This document shows, piece after piece, positions 10,906 through 21,960 of a stretch of DNA of 64,000 nucleotides. This DNA comes from Octopus sinensis. Lineage: Eukaryota. The DNA lies in contig NC_042998.1 of assembly GCF_006345805.1 (NCBI RefSeq), positions 206,398,001 through 206,462,000 on the forward strand, written 5' to 3'. The position numbers were made by a program, and so were the translations under genes. How positions within the stretch are numbered: the stretch's first letter is position 1; each line of letters opens with the position of its first letter. The notes under the pieces are model-generated. The model was not told where the DNA came from and made no database searches. It worked only from the letters and a program-made list of their open reading frames with translations.

Positions 10906-12009
10906 AGACGTGGAAGCAAAATCTGAAATAAGATATTGTAGCATAATATGCAAGTCCATTTAAACAGCATGTGTCTATATGAGAGGACCCCCTGAAGACA
11001 AATGCCGCAGCGTTTGGCATTCTGACAATATGTCCACTTTAAATGTGATATAAAGATTGCCTTTTATATATGTGCAAGCGTGTGTGTGTGTGTGAATGAA
11101 TAATAAATACATATGTGTGCGTGCGTGTACATATAGTTTGATTTGCTTCTTTGCTCTATCTCCATTACCAATATTCTCCCAGTTCTGTTTACGCTTCAAC
11201 TTTTTTTTCTTTACCATTTAATTATTCCCATGCCAATCCCATACTTAAGCTTGCAACAAAAATGACAAGTCTCCGTCTTTAAAACATAAAACCTTATAGT
11301 TCCGTCTGTCGAACAAATTAGAATGCAGCCAGGAGCCAACGCTGATAAGTGGGATATTGGCAGTGAACTGTGCCAGTTGAAATCATCCAAAGTTAAACAT
11401 ATTCATAAAGCTTTCTGGACATCTTCCTCTCTGTCAAACAATGCACAATGCAATTTATGCTTTAATCCTCTGGAAATTACACAAGAATTTTATGTGGAAG
11501 GACTTTTTTTATATATTGACATTACTTATCTGGAGATTTTTCTCTTTATTTTTTTTTTTTTAAAGAAACATACAAGATTTTTTGATTTGATAGGGAAAAA
11601 CCTTAATATATATTCATGAATATCATCATTGAAGCTCAGTGGTGAGACTGCTAGACTTGGCTCCTTAAGGTGCCGTGTTTGAGTCTTGTAAATAAATCAA
11701 GGATTTCCACACAGGTACAGCTGTAAGCTCAACAAGTTTGCTTCCCAAGCCCACAGTTCCAAGTTCAATCTCACTGCATTGCCCCCTGTGTCTTCTGCTA
11801 TAACCAAACACAGACATAAAGACACACACATATATATATTATAATAATATGAGGGAATATTATTCCAGCCAGGGAAAAATTCAATTTAGAAATACTAAAT
11901 CAGATTTCACAAAATATAATATACATATATATATATATATATATAAATTAGAAAAAACCCACCTTTTATCAATTCAATAATGAAAAATTAAATTATACCA
12001 TCTAGAAAA

Positions 12010-12615
12010 TTACATATACTTTGTGTAAGTACCTGCAATGAGATTTCAATCATCTCAGGTATGGCATCAATATTTGGAAACAACTAACGTCTGTGAGCAA
12101 ACATTTCCAAAAATGAAATGTGGACAATGCCAGTGCCACCTGGCTTCCGTGCTAGTGGCACGTACAAAGCACCATCTGATCATGGTCGATGCCAGCCGTC
12201 TCTGGCCCGTGCCGGTGGCACATAAAAAGCACCCACTACATTCACGCAGTGGTTGGCATTAGGAAGGGCATCCAGCTGTAGAAACACTGCCAGATCAGAC
12301 TGGAGCCTGGTGCAGCCTCCTGGCTTCCCAGACCCCGGTCGAACCGTGTAGTGGGTGCTTTTTTACGTGCCACCGGCACAGGGGCCAGAGGAGGCCGGCA
12401 TCGACCATGATTGGATGGTACTTTTTACGTGCCACCAGCATGGAAAATGGATGTTAAACAATGATGATGATGATGATAAAGAATGTGAAGTTACCATATT
12501 GAACAAGTTTGACTGATGAACATTTGAAAGCAGTTCTTTTGGTTGGATGCAATTCCAAAGCAAACATTGATGAGATCTTCAAAAACCAAACCTCAGTTTC
12601 ACAAATCTCACCAAC
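12010..12615 (+). mobile_element. hAT (Charlie/SPIN-like) transposase C-terminal dimerisation-domain relic split by an RTE insertion (12124-12478)
   Basis: MASIFG/TTNVCEQTFPKMK lies before the insert and VKLPY*TSLTDEHLKAVLLVG...KPQFHKSH after it. AATGTG is repeated at both junctions. Confidence 0.8.
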
Positions 12616-13340
12616 CATTTTTGCTGCTAAGGTTGTGAGATTCGGATATGTGTACACTGGGTATGATATAATTATCTTATTGCTAACGTCACCTTCTTTG
12701 ATAACTTTTTGGTAAATAAATATTAGACTGCGACCATGCTGGGGCACTTCCTTGAAGAATTTTAGTCAAATGAATCAACCTCATTATTTTTCAATCTGTT
12801 TTTAAAGCCTGGTACTTATTCTGTCAATCTTTTTTGCTGAACCACTAATTAAATAAATATATTTTTCATGTACACACTGTATTCATCATCATCATCATTT
12901 TTTAGCACCTGCTTTCTATGCTGGCATGGGTTGGACGGTTTGACTGGGGCTTGGAAGCCAAGAGGCTGCACCAGGCACCAGTCTGATCTGGCAATGTTTC
13001 TACGGCTGGATGTCCTTCCTAACACAAACCACTCCGTGAGTGTAGCGGGTGCTTTTTATGTGCCACTGGCATGGAGGCCAGTCAGCTGGCACTGGCATTG
13101 GCCATGTTCAGATGAAACCTTTTATGTGCCACTGGCACAGGGCCAGTCAGGGCAGGGGAGGCTGGTGTCAACCACGTTCGAATGGTGCCTTGTACGTCCC
13201 ACCAGCATGGGGAGCCAGTCAGGCAGCACTGCTCCACTCCACTGTATTGTATTGAATGAAATGGTTATGTGGCCCATGCTCGTCATTCTCGCACTTATCT
13301 GGCCTGTCATGAAAAAAGTTTGGTGACTCCTGGTGTAGAC

Positions 13341-13602
13341 GAATGGTTCTCAATTATTTAATTTACCTGTGAATCTCTTTGGTTCTTATTTTGCCCTACT
13401 GGATTCCAATAAACATTTGAAGTTTGAAAAAAAACTCATCATATTTTTCTAATTAAATATTATTAGAAATTGCAAAAAGAAAAACATTGTTGAAATATTT
13501 TGTTCCTTGCAGAACTAAAACCAGTTTATTGGACATAATTATTAACAACTAAATCTTATAGGGACCCCGAAGGGTCGTTTGGACCATTGTTGAGAACCAC
13601 TG
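13341..13602. mobile_element. hAT-type MITE with 8-bp TSD
   Basis: Termini (G)AATGGTTCTCAA and TTGAGAACCACTG, flanked by GTGTAGAC and GTATAGAC. A related truncated copy lies at ~37565-37750. Confidence 0.75.
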
Positions 13603-13760
13603 GTATAGACCCTCATCATCATCTAATGTCTGTTTTCCATGCTGGCATGGGTTGGATGGTTTGACAGGATCTGAAAAATGGCAGGATTGCACCAAGCTCC
13701 CAATGTTGGTTTTGGAATTGTTCCTATGACTGGATGTCCTTCCTGAAGCCAACCATTTTA

Positions 13761-14400
13761 TCTATAATATAAATTGGACGTGGGCGATTGTTGTATTCTT
13801 TCTTGTCTTGAGGTTCACAGCCAAACGGCTGGGTGGATTCGTGTGAAAAATGGCACACATATGGAGACGGGTGCACAGATTGGAATGCAGTTTGTATTTT
13901 TTTCCTAACCCCCAGACTTACCGAGAAAATCGATTAAAACTTTTTCTAATGGAATTCCCCTGTTTGTTCCGCTATTGAAACAACCAGTTGCTCACACAGC
14001 CGCACATACCATTTCGCTAGCAACAAGGGGAGTACAGGATGGCAGTCAGCCAAAACTTTAGCTATGCTGTCTCTCTTCTTCTCTCTCACATACACATGCG
14101 CAAGCACACACGCACATACATACACACACACATACACGCAAACACACATCCATTTCAAATCAATGTTTCAATGATTAGACAGAGGTTCAATAGAATAGCT
14201 CTCAGAAACAGACTACGTACAAATTGTTTCTTCATAACTCCTGAAGCTGTTTTCTGACAGTGGGGGGGGGGGGGGCTCCAATCGAAACAGGGGACCCGAA
14301 ATGATAAGGTTGAGTAACACTGTTATAGATTATGCCTAAACGCAAACGATCATAGCCACATCATCCAAACAGACCGGGTGAGACCAGGCTTAGCTGCTAG
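13761..14400 (+). mobile_element. Non-autonomous Helitron family 2
   Basis: A|TCTATAATATAAA...CCGGGTGAGACCAGG imperfect hairpin...GCTAG|T. Interrupts an RTE 3' fragment. Confidence 0.7.
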
Positions 14401-14656
14401 TATATATATAAATGCGTGTAGATATCTTTGTCTATGTCCGTCTTTAATTGCATTCACCGAAGTAAACCAGGTGTTTATATCATATTCCTTTTACGTAAAA
14501 ATAACTTAGAATTTTGGTAGAGATTGATGAAAATAAGAAGTGGGGCTTGATAGAATTGGCTAAAACTCTTCATAAGTCATGCCCCAGCATGGCCACAGTC
14601 ATTGAAAAAAAAACAGTAAAAGAATAAAAGAATTTCAGTTAAAAGGAAGAACTTAC

Positions 14657-14708
14657 CATAAGCTTCATTGTCTGAAGACATATCACTTTGAGGCCAATAA
14701 TAAGGGCA
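14657..14708 (-). CDS. RGS9/RGS11-like: R7-family RGS coding exon, DEP/DHEX junction: CPYYWPQSDMSSDNEAY
   Basis: ttgttttttcag|TGCCCTTATTATTGG...GCTTATG|gtaagt. The exon is 52 nt, phase 0 to 1, in frame after YRFQ. It corresponds to the R7 (T)PYFWP...NTDYA motif. Confidence 0.93.
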
Positions 14709-16188
14709 CTGAAAAAACAATTAGAAAACGATTTGTTAATTAGTTTAGTGAATGATTACAGCATACAGTCATTCTTATACATGCACACAGAGTTGTATGA
14801 ATGCGTGTGTGTATATGAGTGTGTGTGTGTGTGTGGAGGAATTTGGCTGGGGTGGAGGTAGAGGTATTTCAATAGCTAGGTTCAGTTCCTGAGCAAGACC
14901 CTTTATTTCACTTTGCTCCAGTCCACTCATCATCATCATCATTTAACGTCCGTTTTCCGCGCTTGCACGGGTTGGACGGTTCGACCGGGGTCTGGGAAGT
15001 CAGGGGCTGCACCAGGCTCCAGTCTGATCCGGCAGAGTTTCTACAGCTGGATGCCCTTCCTAATGCCAACCACTCCGCGAGTGTAGTGGGTGCTTCTTAC
15101 GTGCCACCTGCACAGGTGCCAGGGGGTTCTGGCATCGGCCACGATTGGTTGGAGCTTTTAACGTGCCACCGGCACGGAAGCCAGCAAAGACGGTGCTGGC
15201 AACGGCCACGCTCGGATGGTGCTTTTTTACGTGCCACTGGCACTGGAGCCAGTCGAGGCAGTGCTGGCATCGGCCACATGGCAAAACTGAGTTGTACCTG
15301 TAATTCAATGGGGGCCAGCCTTGTCACATTCGGTGTCATGCTGAATCTCCCCTGAGAACTACGTTAAGGGCACACATGTCTGTGGAGTACTCAGCCACTT
15401 GCATGTTAATTTCACGAGCAGGCTGATTGGATCAACTGGAACACTAGTCATTTGTAACCAAAGGAACGCTGTGAGTGTGTGTGTGTGTGTGTGTCGAGAG
15501 AGAGAGGGGGGGGCACAGGTATATCTGTGAGGTTAAAAAGTTTGCTTCCTAACTATGTGGTGTGGGGTTCAATCCCACTGTGCAGTACCTTGCACAAATG
15601 TTTTCGGTTATTGTCTTAGGCTGACCAAAGACTCGTGAACAGATATTTAGTTGATGGAATCAGTTGTGTGTTTAGAGAGGTGTCTGTGTGTCTACGTCTG
15701 CGCTTCTCCAAAAATTGGTTACTTACAACCGGTGACAATGTTGCCATTTCTCTGTCGACAATTCATCATCATCATCATTTAAAATCCACTGTCCAGGCTG
15801 GCATGGGTTCGATGGCTTGACCAGAGCAAGGAATCTTGGGAGCTGCATCAGACTCCAATCTGATTTGCCATGGTTTCTACAGCTGGATGCCCTTCCTAAT
15901 GCCAACCACTTTACAGAGTGTGTTGGGGCTTTTACGTGGCACTGTACAGGCATTTTTACACAGTGCCACACAAGTGCTTTTACACACCACCACATGGGCA
16001 CTTTTATGTGACACCACATGGGCGCTTTTATGTCACATCGACACAAGAGTCTTGCAGGCCAATCTTCAGCACTGGGGGGGGACCAGGCTCAACACTTTGG
16101 CTGAGGGATGCCTAACTTGAAAAAATAAGCAGCACGAAGGACATTCAGCTGTAAAACTATGCCTCAATCATATATTATATTATCATAA

Positions 16189-16350
16189 GGCGCAGGAGTG
16201 GCTGTGTGGTAAGTAGCTTGTCTACCAACCGCATGGTTCCGGGTTCAGTCCCACTGTGTGGCATCTTGGGTAAGTGTCTTCTACTATAGCCTCGGGCCGA
16301 CCAAAGCCTTGTGAGTGGATTTGGTAGACGGAAACTGAAAGAAGCCCGTC

Positions 16351-16406
<56 letters not shown>

Positions 16407-16612
16407 TTGTGTTTGTCCCCCTAGCATTGCTTGACAACCGATGCTGGTGTGTTTATGTCCCCGTCACTTAGCGGTTTGGCAAAAGAGACCGATAGAATAA
16501 GTACTGGGCTTACAAAAGAATAAGTCCCGGGGTCGAGTTGCTCGCTTAAAGGCGGTGCTCCAGCATGGTCGCAGTCAAATGACTGAAACAAGTAAAAGAG
16601 TAAAAGAGAGAG
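16189..16612 (+). mobile_element. SINE family A, full length
   Basis: Near-consensus copy. Confidence 0.9.
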
Positions 16613-16622
16613 AATATATATA

Positions 16623-16656
<34 letters not shown>

Positions 16657-16659
<3 letters not shown>

Positions 16660-17250
16660 TCATCATCGTTTAACGTCCACTTTCCATGTAGGCATGGGTT
16701 GGACGATTTGACCGAGGACTAGTGAACCAGATGGCTGCACCAGACTCCAATCTGATCTGGTAGAGTTTCTACAGCTAGATACCTTTCCTAATGGCAACCA
16801 CTCTGAGAGTGTGGTGGGTGCTTTTACGTGCCACCGGCACGAGGGCCAGTCAGGTAGTACTGGCAACAGCCACGCTCAAATAGTGTTTTTTATGTGCCAT
16901 CTGCACAGGAGCCAGTCCAGCAGCACTGGCAATGACCTTGTACGAATATTTTTTCACGTGCCACCAGCACAAGTGCCAGTAGGGTGACACAGGTAACAAT
17001 CACGCTCGAATGGATTTTTACATGCCAGCGGCACAGAAGCCAGGCAGCTGCTCTGACAACAATCACGCTTGGATGGTGCTCTTAGCGCTCCACTAGCATG
17101 GATGCCAGTCATCGAATTTGATTTCGATTTCACTTGCTTCAACAGGTCTTCGCAAACAGAGTTTAGTGTCCAATGAAGGAAGGGTACGCATGAGTGGACT
17201 GGTTACACCCCTGGCATAGGCTACGAGGTTATGGTCTCACTTGGCTTATA
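16657..17250 (-). mobile_element. RTE 3' UTR fragment
   Basis: (CAT)n start on the plus strand, with the hairpin array. Confidence 0.8.
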
Positions 17251-18077
17251 TATTCATATATCATTTATCGTCATCATCATTTAACTTCCGCTTTCCATGC
17301 TGGCATAGGTTGGATGGTTTGACAGGAACTGGTAAGTTGAAGAGCTGTACCAGTCTGATTTAGCACAGTTTCTATGGCTGGGATGCCCTTCCTAATGCCA
17401 ACCACTCTTGGAGTGGTTGGCATTAGGAGGGGCAATATATAGATATCTTTCATCTTTTCTTTTGTCTTTCACTTGTTTCAGTCATTAGGCTGTGGTCATT
17501 CTGGAGCACCACTTTAAAGAGTGTTTTGGCCGAATGACCTGACCCCATTTTTGGTTCTTGTTCTATTGGTCCCTTTTGCCAAACTGGCAAGTTATAGGGA
17601 TGTAAACGCACCAACACCAATTGTCAAATGGTGATGAAAGACAAACACAAAGACACTCACACACACATATATATTTTTTATAATAGTACTGGCACTCGAG
17701 CCCCGTGCTCGTAGAGTATTAAGAGCACCATCCGAGTGTGATCATTGCCAGAGAGGCTATCTAGCCTCCATTCCGGTGGCATGTAAAAGACACCATTCGA
17801 GCGTGATCATTACCAGCATCCCTTACTGGCACCTGTGCTGGTGGAATGTGTAAAAGATTCGAGCAAGGTCATTGCCAGTACCGCCTGACTTGCCCCATGC
17901 TGGTGGCACGTAAAAGCACCCACTACACTCTTGGTTGGCGTTAGGAAGGGCATTCAGCTGTAGAAACTCTGCGAGATCAAGATTGAAGCCTGGTGCAGCC
18001 ATCTGGTTCACCAGCCTTCAGTCAAAATCGTCCAACCCATGCTAGCATGGAAAGCGGACGTTAAACGATGATGATGA

Positions 18078-18830
18078 TGTAGAGCTAACACACGCGTAAG
18101 TTGATATTTATGAAAAAGAAGAATGAAAATATTACATTTTTAAAATTAGGTTCATTTAAATTTCTTTATATGAATACATTAAAAAAATTGCTTTTGTTAT
18201 ACATGTTTCAGTTGTTTATAAACCTTAACAAAAATATTTACTTAAATGAAAGATGTAGGCAAAAGAAATCTTTATATATAAAAGTGAAGTTGTGCGTCTG
18301 TCTCCTACGATTTAGATTCCTAACTACTCCCACATTTTGCAGTGCAGTTTAACCAAAACCGGGTATCTTATAGTCGTGATTCATATCGAGCCCTTCTGGG
18401 TATTAGCGCACGTCTACGATGAGTCTACGATTTAAAAAAGAATTTACCATCATTTTTTACCATTTTAATGCATTTTTTCGCTATTATATAAGGGAAGTAA
18501 CTCTCTAAAAATGTCTATGATGAGTCAACGATTTAAAAAAAAATTTACCATAATTTTTTTTCCATTTTTAATGCATTTTTTTGCTATTTTTTGGCTATAA
18601 CTCTCTAAAAATGCTTATATAGTTATTTCCCTTACAAACCCGAGCAACGCCAGGTGATACTGCTAGTTATTAATAAAATTATTAATAAAATAAACGTTTG
18701 TAGTGTACTTTTCTTTTTCCTGTAAGAGCACGCGGTAATTTTCATTAATTTTTGGGGCATTGCTAATAGCCACTTGAGCTGCTGTCTGTGATGGTAAATT
18801 AAGTATTGTGGTCAAGATTGCTTTCAAAAG
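18078..18830 (+). mobile_element. TIR-bearing non-autonomous element hosting Helitron copy 2
   Basis: 18120-18268 plus 18667-18830 is the reverse complement of 20780-21097. Both copies start GTAGAG(G/C)TAACACACG. Confidence 0.7.
18269..18666 (+). mobile_element. Non-autonomous Helitron family 1, copy 2
   Basis: Same termini as copy 1. The paralogous host element at ~20945 shows the empty site GAAA^TTATT. Confidence 0.9.
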
Positions 18831-18953
18831 GAGTGACCGCAGCAGTCAAATAAGCAGCAGCAGCAATAATAGTCATCATAAAGTTATCTCCCCTGAGGTC
18901 TTCACAGAAACGGATTTATTCAATGTCTCGTCTTTATTTCTTATGAATAATAT

Positions 18954-19110
18954 AGTGGCTGTGTGGTAATTAGCTTGCTAACCAACCACATGGTTCCGGG
19001 TTCATTCCCACTGCGTGGCATCTTGGGCAAGTGTTTTCTGCTATAGCCCCGGGCCGACCAATGCCTTGTGAGTGGATTTGGTAGACGGAAACTGAAAGAA
19101 GCCTGTCGTA

Positions 19111-19161
<51 letters not shown>

Positions 19162-19369
19162 TTGTGTCTGTGTTTGTCCCCCTAGCATTGCTTGACAACT
19201 GATGCTGGTGTGTTTACGTCGCCGTCACTTAGCGGTTCGGCAAAAGAGACCGATAGAATAAGTACTAGGCTTACAAAGAATAAGTCCCGGGGTCGATTTG
19301 TTCGATTAAAGGTGGTGCTCCAGCATGGCCGCAATCAAATGACTGAAACAAGTAAAAGAGTAAAGAGAA
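18954..19369 (+). mobile_element. SINE family A
   Basis: Head, (TA)n and tail. Confidence 0.88.
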
Positions 19370-19376
19370 TATAGGT

Positions 19377-20250
19377 TCAGTGTTCCGAGCTTAAAGAATT
19401 TAGACTCGGTCGATACTTCTTTTGGTTAGCATTGTCTTTCAATTCGTATAATGGAAAAGTTGTGAATTTGGGATATTTATTGGATGCACATCTGGCTATG
19501 TTGTTGCTTGTTCCTTCTTGAGCCATGCCTGGCTCATAAGGGCCGGTTTCCCGGTTTCCTTGGCATATAGGTTCCCCACCTGGACGGGACGCCGGTCCGT
19601 CACAGGTGAACTGCAAGATGTAGGAGGAAAGAGTGAGAGAAAGTTGTGGCGAAAGAGTCAGCAGAGATTCGCCATTAGCTTCTGCCAGAGCCACATGGGG
19701 CTTAGGTGTTTTGCTCATAAACACACACATCGCCCGGTCTGAGATTCAAACCTGCGATCCCTCAACTACGAATCTGCTGCTCTAACCACTAGGCCATGTG
19801 TTTGTCTATGTGTTTGCTGATCAATATTTTCTTGTATTCTGGAATTCTAATATGGGATTTGTGTACTGCCATCCTCTGATGTAGGCTGTTTTTTGTGTGT
19901 CCAATATATTGCCGTTTGCATCCCTAGCATGTAATTAAGTAAATCAAATTCTCTGATGCACATGTAAAGTTGGTTTTTATGGCAAAATTTTGGCCTTGTT
20001 CCAATTGGTATCCTGATCCTTCTATTATGTTGATACGGATCCCATAGTTGGGCCTTGCGCACTTTTTTACTGTCAGCTTTGTAGCTATTGTTGAGTGTAA
20101 TTTGGCCAGGGTTAAAATCCTCTTCATTGGTTTTGACTGTCTCTTACTTTGGACGATTGTGTGCGTTTGTAGGATTTCATTCATCTTTGGGTCCCTCTTC
20201 TGCTATGGAGTATAGTCTTGAAGGTCTCATTGTTATGTGGGTTGTGTATG
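19377..20250 (-). mobile_element. Penelope-like element GIY-YIG endonuclease relic split by a SINE C (19502-19805)
   Basis: NFTCASENLIYLITC*GCKRQYIGHTKNSLHQRMAVHKSHI...SKHI|ARCASNKYPKF...KKYRPSLN. CTATGT TSD at 19496-19501 and 19806-19811. Confidence 0.85.
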
Positions 20251-20729
20251 GAGATGTAAGGCATCATCATCATCATCATCATCATTGTTTAACGTCCGCT
20301 TTTCATGCTGGCATGGGTTGGATGGTTCAACCGGGGTCTGGGAAGCCAGGAGGCCGCACCAGGCTCCAGTCTGATCTGGCAAAGTTTCTACAGCTGGATG
20401 CCCTTCCTAATGCCAACCACTCCATGTGCGTAGTGGGTGATTTTTACGTGCCACTGGCACAAGGACAAGAGAAAGGCTGGCAACAGCTACGATCAGTTGG
20501 TGCTTTTTATGTGCTACCAGCACAGAAGCCAGTCAAGGCGGCGCTGGCATCGGCCACGTTCGGATGGTGCTTTTTATGTGCCACCAACACAAGGGTAACA
20601 ACTACAATTTCCATTTTGATGTTGATGTACTTGACTCAATAGGTCTCCTCAAGCACAGCAGGTCACCCTACGATCCAAGGTACGTTTGAATGAGCTGGGG
20701 CTGGTTATGTGAAACTGTTTTTTTAATAA

Positions 20730-21097
20730 TGTAGAGGTAACACACGAGTAAGTAGATATTTATGAAAAAGAAGAACAAAAATGCTGCTTTTATTAAAAGC
20801 AGTTTTGACCACACTAGTTAATTTACCATCGCAGGCAGCAGCTGGAGTTGCTACTAGCAACATCACGAAAATTCATGAAAATCACCACGTACTCTTGCAG
20901 GAAAAGTACACTATGAATGTTTATTTTATTAATAATGTTATTAATAATTTCTTTTCCCTACATCTTTCATTGAAGTAAATATTTTTGATAAGGTTTATAA
21001 ACAACCAAAACATGTAAAGCAAAAACATCTTTTTAATGTATTTATATAAAGAAATTTAAATGTACCTAATTTTAAAAAAAGTAACATTTTCATTCTT
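20730..21097 (-). mobile_element. Second, uninterrupted copy of the 18078 element in inverted orientation
   Basis: See the 18078 feature. Confidence 0.7.
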
Positions 21098-21125
21098 TCT
21101 ATATATATATATATATATTATATAT

Positions 21126-21525
21126 AGGCGCAGGAGTGGCTGTGTGGTAAGTAGCTTGCTAACCAACCACATGGTTCCGGGTTCAGTCCCACTGTGGGGC
21201 ATCTTGGGCAAGTGTCTTCTGCTATAGCCCTAGGCCGACCAATGCCTTGTGAGTGGATTTGGTAGACGGAAACTGAAAGAAGCCTGTCGTATATATGTAT
21301 ATATATATATATATGTATCTGTGTGTATGTCTGTGTTTGTCCCCCTAGCATTGCTTGACAACCGATGCTAGTGTGTTTACGTCCCCGTCACTTAGCAGTT
21401 CGGCAAAAGAGACCGATAGAATAAGTACTGGGCTTACAAAGAATAAGTCCTGGGGTCAATTTGCTCGACTAAAGGCGGTGCTCCAGCATGGCCACAGTCA
21501 AATGACTAAAACAAGTAAAAAGAAA
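21126..21525 (+). mobile_element. SINE family A
   Basis: Full-length copy. Confidence 0.88.
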
Positions 21526-21554
21526 AAATATATATATATGTATATATATAAAAA

Positions 21555-21960
21555 TCAAATTCGATGACTGGCGTCCGTGCTAGCAGGGTGCTAAGAGCAC
21601 CATACGAGCATAATCGTTGACAGAGTGGCTAACCGGCTTCTGTACCAGGGGCACATAAAAGGACCATTCAAGTGTGATTGTTACCAGCGTTGCCTTACTG
21701 GCACCTGTGCCAGTGGCATGTGTAAAAAGATTCGAGCGAGGTCATTGCCAGTTCCGCCAGACTGGCCCCCGTGCCGGTGGCACATAAAAAGCACCCACTG
21801 CACTCTCGGAGTGGATGGCGTTAGGAAGGGCATCCAGCTGTAGAAACTCTGCCAGATCAAGATTGGAGCCTGGTGTGGCCATCTGGTTCATCAGCCCTTA
21901 GTCAAATCGTCCAACCCATGCTAGCATGGAAAGCGGACGTTAAACGATGATGATGATGAT
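21555..21960 (+). mobile_element. RTE 3' UTR fragment (units A-B-C plus terminal unit)
   Basis: Ends GTTAAACGATGATGATG. Confidence 0.8.

Noticed and set aside
11250-11480. Long minus-strand frame with a single TGA (GLKHKLHCALFDREEDVQKAL*ICLTL...STDGTIRFY) and an overlapping plus ORF
   Set aside because: No recognisable family, no SECIS evidence and no fit to the next RGS exon.
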